NCBI GenBank assembly: GCA_050298595.1
Contig: JBNKUM010000008.1
Coordinates: 64,001-128,000, forward strand
Length of the DNA stretch: 64,000 nucleotides
Origin: Gammaproteobacteria bacterium
GTDB lineage: Bacteria; Pseudomonadota; Gammaproteobacteria; GCA-001735895
Reading direction: 5' to 3'
Part shown: positions 1-10,687 of the stretch, piece after piece
Layout: every line of letters starts with the position of its first letter
Position numbering within the stretch: the stretch's first letter is position 1
Notes under the pieces: generated by a model
Seen by the model: only the letters and a program-made list of their open reading frames with translations
Told to the model about the DNA's origin: nothing
Database searches by the model: none
Made by a program: the position numbers and the translations under genes

Positions 1-795
1 CGCTAAGGGGAAGGAATAAGCCCACCATGACATGAAAAATGGCAACCCGATAAAGCGCGGCCATTGACTAAACAAAAGCAGTGTCAGGAATAATGCAAAG
101 TTGTATAACAGCAATGCAAAAGCATCCAGGGTACCTGTTAATTTAATATATGACAGGAACCCAACTGCTGGCGGCGCAATTAAGATAAATAAAGTAGGTA
201 TCAGTTTTTGTGGCATTGGTTGATGGAATATCACCCGATTAAAAACAATCACCAGTAGAATAATCCAGAAAAAGAATCCTACACTGAAGAAAAACCAGGA
301 AATATCTGCATAGCCCAAAGGGACACCAGCTAATGGAATCACAACATTTCCTACTGCAGGTATAAACCAGGCTGGATTCATATGATGAATTTCATATCTC
401 TCATGATGTAACCAACTATTTACAACGTGGAGAGTGATAATCAAATGCAAACATGTTCCGATGGTCCAGAACACCAGACTGACCTGATGCGCTATTTGTA
501 AAAACGCAATTGCAAACAGCAAAAGACTTATAGAAATTGTGGGTATGAAATTAATTTTTACAGGGTTAGACCACTCTTTAATCAGCGACTGTTTAAAGTA
601 AATAGCCTTAAATGTATACATACCACTCAGCACCATAAAAATTATGAGCGTAAGCAACAATAAAATGTTATATATAACATTGCTAAACTGAAAAACTTCG
701 CAAGCCTTTTCCCAGCCAATACTCAGGCCGGCCATTCCCATCACCATAGCAAAGAAAGAAATAGGCATGTGTTGCAAACGGTTTTCAGTTTTCAT
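1..795 (-). CDS. SLAC1/TehA (TDT) family anion channel, 3' end outside the window
   Basis: Hand translation from ATG at 795 gives MKTENRLQHMPISFFAMVMGMAGLSIGWEKA..., with later NPAWFIPAVGN and PTLFILIAPPAVG motifs; hydrophobic throughout. Absent from the ORF track because it is truncated. Confidence 0.85.
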   Translation of the reverse strand, partial: MKTENRLQHMPISFFAMVMGMAGLSIGWEKACEVFQFSNVIYNILLLLTLIIFMVLSGMYTFKAIYFKQSLIKEWSNPVKINFIPTISISLLLFAIAFLQIAHQVSLVFWTIGTCLHLIITLHVVNSWLHHERYEIHHMNPAWFIPAVGNVVIPLAGVPLGYADISWFFFSVGFFFWIILLVIVFNRVIFHQPMPQKLIPTLFILIAPPAVGFLSYIKLTGTLDAFALLLYNFALFLTLLLFSQWPRFIGLPFFMSWWAYSFPLA

Positions 796-849
796 ATTCA
801 CATCAATCTGGAAGATAAATCCATACTAGGTAGTTCCAACATTGTGAGC

Positions 850-865
850 ATTGAAATTTTTCAAT
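850..865. promoter_or_regulatory. Crp/Fnr-type palindrome ATTGAAAttTTTCAAT
   Basis: 7-bp perfect arms, TTGA-N6-TCAA geometry, between divergent SLAC1 and Crp/Fnr genes. Confidence 0.55.
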
Positions 866-908
866 AGGGTTGAAATAAGATGTTTTTTTTAATCGAGAGT
901 TTTTAAAA

Positions 909-1610
909 TTGAAGACTACACATATAGAAAATGCATGGCGTGGTGCTGAACGTTGCAAACATTGCGCAATCCGACACCTGGTATTGTTCGCCGACCTTCA
1001 ACAAGAGGATTTCGATCGAATTCATCACCCGATAGATGATTTTGAATACCCTCCAGGAACACAAATCTATCGGCAGGGTGAAGAAAACTCCTTCGTCTAT
1101 ACCATTAGATCTGGTCTGGTAAAACTGGTACAACATCTTCCGGATGGAAACCGAAGAATCGTCAGAATACTCAGTCAGGGTGACCTTGCAGGTCTGGAAA
1201 GTCTGAGCGGCCAGCCTTCAGACCATGAGGCAGTAACTATGGATCATGCCAGCGTCTGCCGTATCCCGCGCTCAATTATTGAATCATTACGCCGAGACAC
1301 ACCAAGATTACACAACACTCTATTGCTGCGCTGGCAACAGGCTTTAAGCGGGGCAAATAACTGGATAACTCGTTTATCTACCGGCAATGCAACCACACGA
1401 GTGGCTCGCCTGTTATTATTGCTGGATGAAAAATCAAACGATGAAAGTTTTTTTCTCCCCACTCGTGAAGATATGGGGGCGATGCTGGGTATTACCACGG
1501 AAAGCGCCAGTAAGGTGACTGCAGATTTCAAGCGCAAAGGCTGGTTAAAACCCCTGCAACAAAACCGCGCCTGGGTGGATACCGAAGCTTTGCAAGAAGA
1601 ATTTGAATAG
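909..1610 (+). CDS. Crp/Fnr family transcriptional regulator
   Basis: N-terminal CxxC, cNMP-binding-like domain (IRSGLVKL...GDLAG), C-terminal HTH (TREDMGAMLGITTESASK); TTG start. Confidence 0.9.
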   Translation: MKTTHIENAWRGAERCKHCAIRHLVLFADLQQEDFDRIHHPIDDFEYPPGTQIYRQGEENSFVYTIRSGLVKLVQHLPDGNRRIVRILSQGDLAGLESLSGQPSDHEAVTMDHASVCRIPRSIIESLRRDTPRLHNTLLLRWQQALSGANNWITRLSTGNATTRVARLLLLLDEKSNDESFFLPTREDMGAMLGITTESASKVTADFKRKGWLKPLQQNRAWVDTEALQEEFE

Positions 1611-1624
1611 AAATATAAAACTTT

Positions 1625-1792
1625 TTATTTCGTTTTTTTGACTTCCTGACTGAGTTCTTTATGAGCCTTATCAGCATTGGCTCTTTGCTCATCTGCCCGA
1701 TTATCCTGAACAGTTGGGGCACTAGAACAGCCCATCAAAAGCATGATCACTATGCTGCTGCTTAATATTTTTCCTGCTAACCTTCGCTGCAT
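1625..1792 (-). CDS. small (55 aa) putative lipoprotein
   Basis: MQRRLAGKILSSSIVIMLLMGCSSAPTVQDNRADEQRANADKAHKELSQEVKKTK*; GGAGA RBS upstream, basic N-terminus, hydrophobic core, LMGC lipobox. Confidence 0.75.
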   Translation of the reverse strand: MQRRLAGKILSSSIVIMLLMGCSSAPTVQDNRADEQRANADKAHKELSQEVKKTK

Positions 1793-2119
1793 AACATTCT
1801 CCAGAAATATTTATTCTTGCTGATACCTACCATCACCACTGACAAGTATAACTGTATTTTATGATCAGAGTTTTAAGCTGGGATATGTGTCCTGTGATTG
1901 CTGCAGACCCACTACAGGCTATCACCCTGCAGGGTGTGATTTTCCAACGCCAGACTTTGTTTGCTTTGATCCTGGTAGATTTTTTACCGATTTCGGTATC
2001 GATTGTTTTACATTAAAATCAGCCAGTCGGAAATCTGCGCGGGCATATTCCGGCAAGTTCTCTGATCCGACCCGGCTATGGCGATAGTACTCGGCCTGGT
2101 CCTGCTGATACATTGGAAA

Positions 2120-3355
2120 TTAGGCGAAATAGTCGATTCTTCCATTCGCTAAGACAATACTTGCCTGTTGCATAGCAGCCATACTGGCATTTGACGAGTC
2201 TTGTGCAATGGATTGCTCACTATTAGCTCCACTCTGGCTATCACCTGAAGCATTCTGGTTGGATGATGAATCACGGTGTGAAACATTCACATCAACATTA
2301 CTATAACCCGCGTCCTGCAATATTTCACGTAACCTTAAACTCGAACTTTCTACCAGATCTCGGGTTTGTGCATGCTGGGTATGAATGACTACGTGAGCAG
2401 AATCATCTTTAATATGAATTTGAATATCCAGCTTACCTAAATGAGGCGGATCAATGCGAATTTCAGCATTGTTCAGCTTTTGATTAATCAGGAAAGAAAC
2501 CCGCTCACCTAATGCGTCACCCCATTGCTGACTATTTGCTGAAGCCGAAATGGAGTGTAAATGCGCTGGCATTACCTGTGATGCGGAGTTTGGAGTTTGA
2601 GAAATTTGCGTAGCTACGCTAGCCTGTATGGGATTAGCGCCATTCTCCACCGTTTTAATAGTCACAGTATCTGTAGCAGTCAGCTGTTGCCTGATATTAA
2701 CAACCTCAGCCGAATTTTTAGCGTTTTCTCGGTTTATCAACGATTTGGAGTCGATATCAGATTCATCAGGCCCAATATCTGATAAAGAATCTGATTCTGC
2801 AGCTGTTTGCCCGGCGTTTATTTGAGCCACTGCAGAGATTTGCGGCGTCAGGGTGGATAACGATTGCCGCCCAGGAGGCAAAGCATCTCCTTTAGGATTA
2901 GTTACTGGAATCAGCATAGCTGGTGCAAGCGGATTTATACCGGCAGAATCTACACTGACATTCTCTATCAATGAGATAACATCTTCTTCATCCTGATCTG
3001 TATCCTTAACCATCAATTTAACTGGCGAGCCAGTCTCTGTCTGTTCGCTGAAATGAGACTTTAAAAACTGCATCCACTGTGCCGACAGGCTATCGTCCAG
3101 CACTGTTTCCATATCATCATCAAACTCACCTATCATAGTCATAAGCTCTTTATTATCAATAACCTGGCCATCTTCATCTGAAACAAGCTGGATCAGATTC
3201 TGGCTCAACATGCTAAAGAAATCCTTTTCTGACAGGCTGATCTGTTCACCATCAGCGGTGGAAACCTGAATATTCATTTGACCACCCAACGATGCATTTG
3301 CTGGCATATCGCTAATTAACAATGCGGATTGCATAGAAGTATTTGATATAGTCAT
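2120..3355 (-). CDS. fliK: flagellar hook-length control protein
   Basis: Low-complexity acidic N-terminus; C-terminal WGDALGERV...AEIRIDPPHLGKLDI...RLREIL...IDYFA. Confidence 0.9.
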   Translation of the reverse strand: MTISNTSMQSALLISDMPANASLGGQMNIQVSTADGEQISLSEKDFFSMLSQNLIQLVSDEDGQVIDNKELMTMIGEFDDDMETVLDDSLSAQWMQFLKSHFSEQTETGSPVKLMVKDTDQDEEDVISLIENVSVDSAGINPLAPAMLIPVTNPKGDALPPGRQSLSTLTPQISAVAQINAGQTAAESDSLSDIGPDESDIDSKSLINRENAKNSAEVVNIRQQLTATDTVTIKTVENGANPIQASVATQISQTPNSASQVMPAHLHSISASANSQQWGDALGERVSFLINQKLNNAEIRIDPPHLGKLDIQIHIKDDSAHVVIHTQHAQTRDLVESSSLRLREILQDAGYSNVDVNVSHRDSSSNQNASGDSQSGANSEQSIAQDSSNASMAAMQQASIVLANGRIDYFA

Positions 3356-3415
3356 CGTTTAAACCCTTCTGTTCTATGTTTATGCGGACTGATGAGCCTG
3401 CCTATGACTGTTATA

Positions 3416-3431
3416 TGCAGATTGCATGCCA
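3416..3431 (-). promoter_or_regulatory. sigma54 -24/-12 promoter for fliK
   Basis: TGGCATGCAATCTGCA, correct GG-N10-GC spacing, about 60 bp upstream of fliK. Confidence 0.65.
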
Positions 3432-3659
3432 GACGTTATGGTTTTGGAAAAAATTTGACATCGGCGCACAAAATCCATTCCTTAAGTTATTTTCAATAGA
3501 AAGTTGCAAAAATTATGCTAAAAACAAAATGTTAAATTGGTAGTCGCAAAACCGGCAACCAGATAATATTAAATGGCGAAGATACGATGCCCGGGCTGAT
3601 CAGATGAACAACCCGCAACTATAGGGAGATGACAAGGTTTGGCTACACAGCAGGATTTA

Positions 3660-4322
3660 ATGATAACCTCTAATCAAAACAGGTTTACTGATCTTTGGTC
3701 GCGGAATCTTATTCAAGGTGCGCCCAACAAGGGTCCACAAATTTATCAAATGTTAATTGATGCTTATAACGAAAAGCAACGCGTTTATCATACCCAGCAA
3801 CATATCGAAGATTGCCTGACGCTTTTCGACGAAATAAAAAGCTATCTGCAAAATGCCGACTCAGTCGAACTTGCTATCTGGTTCCATGACGTCATCTACC
3901 AGATCAATTCCAGGGATAACGAGGAACTAAGCGCCGATTTATTCATGAATATTAGTGAAGGTGCTTTACAGGCTGCAACGCGCCATCAGGTTTACCAGCA
4001 TATCATTGCCACCCTGCACAATGGATCCGAAATGCTTGAGCACGATACACGCTACATGGTAGATATAGATTTATCCAGCTTTGGATTGCCCTGGGATAGA
4101 TTCATCCAGAATAGTCGCGAGGTACGCCAGGAAATGAGTCATATCCCGGACGAAGAATTTTATCCCAGACAGTGCGCCTTCCAGCAATCACTGCTAAAAC
4201 ATGGTCGCTTTTATCAAACTGATTATTTTTTTAAGAACTACGAGCAAAGCGCACTCAATAATATTGCCGATTACTTTGTTCATCTGAGGAAAAAAACGGG
4301 TATTATTTGCGATATTGAATAG
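3660..4322 (+). CDS. HD-superfamily metal-dependent phosphohydrolase (COG4339-like)
   Basis: RxYH..HI, AIWFHDVIY, DNEELSA, DIDL motifs; ATG at 3660 preferred over TTG at 3639. Confidence 0.8.
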   Translation: MITSNQNRFTDLWSRNLIQGAPNKGPQIYQMLIDAYNEKQRVYHTQQHIEDCLTLFDEIKSYLQNADSVELAIWFHDVIYQINSRDNEELSADLFMNISEGALQAATRHQVYQHIIATLHNGSEMLEHDTRYMVDIDLSSFGLPWDRFIQNSREVRQEMSHIPDEEFYPRQCAFQQSLLKHGRFYQTDYFFKNYEQSALNNIADYFVHLRKKTGIICDIE

Positions 4323-4325
4323 TGC

Positions 4326-4766
4326 TTAGGATTTTCTCAACGCATTGCGCAGTGAGATTTCATCCATAAATCGCTGTTCCTTCTTTTGTTCCTGCTTTTC
4401 TTCATCTATCTGTAAACGATCCACCATTTTATGGATTGCATCTGAACGAGAATGTGTCAGCTTCCATTTCTGACGTTTGATTTCAACCTCTCGTTCGGCC
4501 ATAGCAACAACATGCTGTTGCTGTTTTATGGTTTCATCCAGTTGATGTAAAAATCGGTTAAATTCCTGCAACTGGACCGCTGAATAACAGGTAGCGACTC
4601 CCTGATTATGACGTTCGGCATACTCCTTCTGATAATCAAAAAGTTGATTCAAACGATTAATCTGTTGCTGTAGCTGTTGTTGACTAAAGGCAACCGACTG
4701 CAAGGCCATTTGCTCATTTTTTTCAACATGATCGACTACTGGAGCAAGTTTTTTAGTTCGTGTCAT
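4326..4766 (-). CDS. fliJ: flagellar export protein
   Basis: 146-aa coiled coil, YQKEY / FLHQL / EQRFMDE, directly after fliI. Confidence 0.92.
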   Translation of the reverse strand: MTRTKKLAPVVDHVEKNEQMALQSVAFSQQQLQQQINRLNQLFDYQKEYAERHNQGVATCYSAVQLQEFNRFLHQLDETIKQQQHVVAMAEREVEIKRQKWKLTHSRSDAIHKMVDRLQIDEEKQEQKKEQRFMDEISLRNALRKS

Positions 4767-4793
4767 TCAACTACCTTATACATTACCTGCCAT

Positions 4794-6174
<1,381 letters not shown>

Positions 6175-6197
<23 letters not shown>

Positions 6198-6861
6198 CTT
6201 TATCCTCCTGCCGTTCACCACCCAGTACCGAAGCCGCCAACGATTGCAGACGATTCTCCAGTGTGGCATTGATCACCGATTTATCTGCTGTGATTTCACA
6301 GCCTCCTCGGCTGATCATACGATTTTCCAGTATTTTCCAGCTTTGCTCTTCTTCATTCTCATCCAGCTGTAAGATTTTACGTACCAGAGCGGCATCTTCA
6401 GGGTGTAGAGAGATTTTTATCTTACGGGAGCTGGCAGGCAGCAACTGGATAGATTCGCGGATGACACCGATGATTTCGCCCGGCTCAGCTCGAATTTCTC
6501 GTTTTACCAGCTGTTGCGCCAAAGTCACAGCTAATATCGATAGTTGCTGTTCAACTTCTTCATTCAGTGATTGCAATGGGGATTCAAAAAAATTAATCAG
6601 ACTCAGTAAGCGTTGTTGGAGTTGAGTATTTTCCTGCTCGGCTTTTTTCAGTCCTGCCTGATAGCCTTCTTCCTCAGCCTGTTGATGCCAGCGCTCGATT
6701 TCTTCGGCGGTTGGGATATTAGTATCTTCTGAATCTGGATCAGGCTGGGGTTTGTTTTCGTCACGAAAAACCTGAGAAGATTCTGAATCGACCGATGGTA
6801 AATGCCACTTTTCTACCGGCATTTCTGAAATATTGCGAAATTTGCCGTTATTGGTAGACAT
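6175..6861 (-). CDS. fliH: flagellar assembly protein
   Basis: W-x-LP N-terminus, AEEEGYQAG repeat, LHPED, RGGC; lies between fliG and fliI. Confidence 0.93.
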
Positions 6862-6893
6862 ACGAATCGCCTGAAATTAGATCGACATTAAGG

Positions 6894-7904
6894 TTAAACC
6901 ATTTCTTCACCAGCACCACCCAGATTCAGCTCTCCTGATTCTTCCAGACCACGAGCAATAGTAAGAATTTCTTTCTGGGCCGCTTCCACTTCACTCAGTC
7001 TAACAGGTCCTTTAGCTTCCATATCTTCAATCAGCATTTCAGCCGCACGTGAGGACATATTTTTGAGGAATTTCTGCTGGAATTCTTCATCCACGCCTTT
7101 CAATGCCAGAGTCAGTAGATCGGTAGAGACCTCGCGCAGCAGGGTTTGAATACCCCTGTCATCAACATCACGCAGATTATCGAATACAAACATCAGATCC
7201 TGTATGCGAGTGGCAAGATCTTCATTTTCTACACGGACCTGATCCATCATTACGCCCTCAATTGATGAGTCGATAAAATTCAGGATATCAGCCGCCGTTT
7301 TTTCACCACCAACCATGGATGACTTAACGTTATCATTGTCAGTGAAATATTTTTCCATAATCGAATCCAGTTCCTTAACCGCCGCAGGCTGAACCCCCTC
7401 CAGGGTTGCAATACGCATCAGGATCCCAGCACGGGTATTTTCTGGCAGATTGCTTAATACCGATGCAGCGCTATCCGGCTCAAGATAAGATAATACGATA
7501 GCGATAATCTGTGGGTGTTCAAGACGAATGATTTCAGCAATCGATTTAGGATCCATCCACTTCAGTGCTTCCAGGCCATTACTACCGCTCCCCATCAGGA
7601 TACGGTCAATCACATTGCCCGCTTTATCACCCAAAGCCTTTTCCAGCATGCCACGGATGTAGGTATCGTTACCTATGCCTAGAGCGGTCTGAGTTTCCAG
7701 TTGTTCCAGGAAATCGTCAATAACGTACTCAACCATTGGTCGGGATATATTCTGAACTCCCGACATAGCAGCACCAACCACCTGAACCTGTTTGGGATTC
7801 ATGTGTTGCAGGATTTGCGCTGCAACATCTTCACCCAACGTCAACAATAGTAAGGCAGCCTTATCCAGCCCTGACATTTTGGGTATTGTAACTTCAGTTG
7901 CCAT
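6894..7904 (-). CDS. fliG: flagellar motor switch protein
   Basis: EHPQIIA, MFVFDNL, NMSSRAA, GPVRLSEVEAAQ. Confidence 0.97.
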   Translation of the reverse strand: MATEVTIPKMSGLDKAALLLLTLGEDVAAQILQHMNPKQVQVVGAAMSGVQNISRPMVEYVIDDFLEQLETQTALGIGNDTYIRGMLEKALGDKAGNVIDRILMGSGSNGLEALKWMDPKSIAEIIRLEHPQIIAIVLSYLEPDSAASVLSNLPENTRAGILMRIATLEGVQPAAVKELDSIMEKYFTDNDNVKSSMVGGEKTAADILNFIDSSIEGVMMDQVRVENEDLATRIQDLMFVFDNLRDVDDRGIQTLLREVSTDLLTLALKGVDEEFQQKFLKNMSSRAAEMLIEDMEAKGPVRLSEVEAAQKEILTIARGLEESGELNLGGAGEEMV

Positions 7905-7915
7905 GATTCATTCTA

Positions 7916-9652
7916 TTATTCATTAGAAATCCAGTTATTCACCACATTAGCCACCCTGGCCGGGTCATCCATCACCAAAGTTTTTGCCATACTGACCTTT
8001 TGTTCATGTGTTGCATCGCTACGACGTATCATCGCAGCGGTATTCTCGGACTCATTACCCAATTGCATTCCAGATCCCGATATAGATCTGGGGCCAGCTA
8101 ATTCACCACCATAGTCAGCACCACCCCGACCAGATGATCTATCTGAACCACCTTCTTCATTATCGCCACCCTGTTCAGCCTCGACGCGACCCAGGCTCAG
8201 CGATCTGAGAAATGGCCGACCAAATACCAGATAAACAATCAGCAATCCTATAGCTCCTAAAATCTGTTTAGCAAGCGTGACAATCCAGCTTTCATTGAGC
8301 AGGCTTCTCCACGCTGGAACCTCTTCTAGTTTGACCTCGATAGGTACAAAAGGTTGATTAATGACACTAACGGTGTCTCCACGATTCTGATTGAAACCGA
8401 TGGTTTCTTTCACCAGACTTTCAAACCTGGCTATGTCTTCATCGGTGTAAGCTGTTTTTTCAGTGGTACCGTCATCTTTCAAGGTGGTTTTCGAGTCAAT
8501 CAATACCGCTACCGACAGGCGTTGAATACTGCCCGAAGGATTACGTGTATGACTGATCATTCGATCAACCTCAAAATTACGTGTAGCACTTCGATTCTGC
8601 GTAGCGGGCAATTGGCTGCTGGTATCTGCAGCTTGCGTAGCATTCGGATCGAGGGTTCCTAAGCCAGGAGGCTGATTACTGAGAGCCCCCGGAATCCCCT
8701 GCGCTGCGGCCAGATCGCGCATTTCCTGTTCATTGACTTGTTCGCTACGAATCACACTACGCTCGGGATCATAGGCTTCACGGGTAGATTCAATCTGAGA
8801 GAAATCCAGCGAGGCTGATACCTGAGCATTCACCTTACCGTCACCAATAATGGGTTGCAACAACTGTATGATGCGCTCGGCATAGCTATCTTCCAGTTTT
8901 CGGGTGTATTCGAATTGCTTACTGGTTTGCGCCATATCACTGTTTTCATCGGCGGTTAGTAAGCGACCGAACTGATCTACCACAGTGACCTGGGCTATAT
9001 CCATCATGGGGATACTGGCCGCCACCATATGCACGATGGCATCCACCTGCCCCTGATTCAGGCGTCGACCTGAATAAAGTTTGGTGACTACTGAGGCACT
9101 GGGTTTAGTGCGATTGCGGATAAATATGGATTGTTTGGGTAAAGCCAGATGAACTCTGGCCTGCTCAACACTACGAATAGATTCAATGGAACGTGCAAGC
9201 TCGGTTTCCAAAGCATGATTGTAGCGCGCAGACTCGATGAATTGACTGGTACCAAGTCCCTGATCCTGCTGTAGCATTTCCAGACCTTTGGTGGTTCCCT
9301 GAGGCAAGCCAACAGCAGCCAATTTCAAACGCGCTTCGGCGAGCTTACTTTGAGGCACTATGATACTGCCGCCATTTTCAATCTTATACTCAATCTGATT
9401 GGCAGTGAGCACATTGGCAATCTCAGATGCATCCTGGCCGGATACATTACTATATAAAGGCGCATAATTAGGTTCGAAAGACCATAACACCACCACGGTA
9501 CCAATCGCCACGGCCATGGCTAGACCAATCAGCCGTCCAAAATGACGAACCACATGGGACTGCATGAAGTTATCGATCGGATTATTGCCAGATCTTCCCA
9601 TTGTAGTACCAGATTGCGCTAGCATCTGCTTGTCTGTAGTTGCATCAGCCAT
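7916..9652 (-). CDS. fliF: flagellar M-ring protein
   Basis: ALETELARSI, ARVHLALPK, VTVVDQ, GIPGALSNQP; two TM segments. Confidence 0.97.
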   Translation of the reverse strand: MADATTDKQMLAQSGTTMGRSGNNPIDNFMQSHVVRHFGRLIGLAMAVAIGTVVVLWSFEPNYAPLYSNVSGQDASEIANVLTANQIEYKIENGGSIIVPQSKLAEARLKLAAVGLPQGTTKGLEMLQQDQGLGTSQFIESARYNHALETELARSIESIRSVEQARVHLALPKQSIFIRNRTKPSASVVTKLYSGRRLNQGQVDAIVHMVAASIPMMDIAQVTVVDQFGRLLTADENSDMAQTSKQFEYTRKLEDSYAERIIQLLQPIIGDGKVNAQVSASLDFSQIESTREAYDPERSVIRSEQVNEQEMRDLAAAQGIPGALSNQPPGLGTLDPNATQAADTSSQLPATQNRSATRNFEVDRMISHTRNPSGSIQRLSVAVLIDSKTTLKDDGTTEKTAYTDEDIARFESLVKETIGFNQNRGDTVSVINQPFVPIEVKLEEVPAWRSLLNESWIVTLAKQILGAIGLLIVYLVFGRPFLRSLSLGRVEAEQGGDNEEGGSDRSSGRGGADYGGELAGPRSISGSGMQLGNESENTAAMIRRSDATHEQKVSMAKTLVMDDPARVANVVNNWISNE

Positions 9653-9672
9653 TGTTCATTACACCTTTCATC

Positions 9673-9996
9673 TTACACTGGCATATTCATAACGTCTTGA
9701 TAAGCAGTCAGTAACTTATTCCGAACCTCGGTCAAAGCCTGAAACGAGACACTGGATTTTTGCATTGCTATCATGACTTCAGCCAGATCCACATTGGGAT
9801 CGCCACGCTCCAGTGCTCTGCTCAGCTCTGCAGCTTTCATCTGCCCTTCATTAACCTGATCTATCGCTTTTTGCATCATGTCAGCGAAACTGCCCGTACC
9901 ATCGGTAACGGGAGTCGCTTCCTGCATTGGTTTGTTGCTAGCCAATGCCTCGATGGATCGCATTTGGTTCAATACCATATTAATATTGTTATTCAT
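9673..9996 (-). CDS. fliE: flagellar hook-basal body protein
   Basis: VMIAMQKSSVSF...VRNKLLTAYQDVMNMPV. Confidence 0.97.
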   Translation of the reverse strand: MNNNINMVLNQMRSIEALASNKPMQEATPVTDGTGSFADMMQKAIDQVNEGQMKAAELSRALERGDPNVDLAEVMIAMQKSSVSFQALTEVRNKLLTAYQDVMNMPV

Positions 9997-10010
9997 GGTG
10001 TCTATCCATT

Positions 10011-10024
10011 GTCAACTTCTTGAC
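10011..10024. promoter_or_regulatory. FleQ/FlrA-like box in the fliE leader
   Basis: GTCAActtcTTGAC resembles the Pseudomonas FleQ consensus GTCAATAAATTGAC. Confidence 0.5.
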
Positions 10025-10133
10025 GCAATTTTCAAAGTTACTCATTCACAACAGCGCCTGACCAGGCCCTTTCATCTGTTTTTTGACTCTTTTCAGTAAA
10101 AGCTGCTGTTGACTGGCTCATGTATTCTGACTT

Positions 10134-10149
10134 TGCAACTATCAGGCCA
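10134..10149 (-). promoter_or_regulatory. sigma54 promoter for the fliE operon
   Basis: TGGCCTGATAGTTGCA, GG-N10-GC spacing. Confidence 0.7.
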
Positions 10150-10297
10150 AACAGCCAGGATATTGATAAACGAAGGAGGGGCTGCGACTATAAAGCTTAA
10201 TTTAGTCTTGAAGTATATGAGTTGGAGAATGTAACCGGATTACGCCTTTCAGGCGTGGCACATGAGTTGAAATCTAGTGCCAGACAATATTGGTAAG

Positions 10298-10661
10298 GCG
10301 GAATAGCGGGCTATTCCAGGGAGTTACAAAGCTTCCGCGTCCTGCTCACGCCCCTTACCTATGTCCCTATAGGCAAGGCTTCCGCGTCCTGCTCACGCCC
10401 CTTACCTATGTCCCTATAGGCAACACAGAGATACACCACTGCAAACGTGCAATTCAGCTCGTAGCGGCATTCACCTGTTGGATTTTCAGCATGGATGCTG
10501 TTATTTCGCGAATGTATGGACGCCTACATGGACGTAGGTGGTAGAGCGAAGCAGGAAGCCAGAGCCGATGCATAGGAGCGTGAAAAGACAAATAAATGGT
10601 AATGGTTTACGAAACAGTGGGTTACCCTCTAACGTGAGCGGTCAACTGCGGAATCCAGGTT
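10298..10661. mobile_element. composite/nested MITE-like repeat, left end missing
   Basis: Shares two blocks with 49955-50112 (gcggaatagcgggc.attccagggagttacaa and ggtt.ccctctaacg.gagcgg.caactg.gg.atccagg); contains extra internal modules. Confidence 0.7.
10331..10424. repeat. 47-bp direct tandem repeat, two copies
   Basis: gcttccgcgtcctgctcacgccccttacctatgtccctataggcaa at 10331 and 10378. Confidence 0.95.
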
Positions 10662-10687
10662 CAAAACCCTGCACTGGAAGAAAATAC

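Noticed and set aside
1887-2113. 63-66 aa ORFs on both strands after fliK
   Set aside because: No clear RBS or recognisable motif; the minus-strand ORF cannot be excluded but is unsupported
10231-10282. REP-like fragment gtaaccggattacgcc and TGGCAC...GTGCCA inverted repeat / sigma54-like TGGCACATGAGTTGAA
   Set aside because: The -12 reads GA, no gene lies downstream on that strand, and the REP resemblance is too short to call
10331-10424. Possible CRISPR array
   Set aside because: Two abutting copies with no spacer and no cas genes
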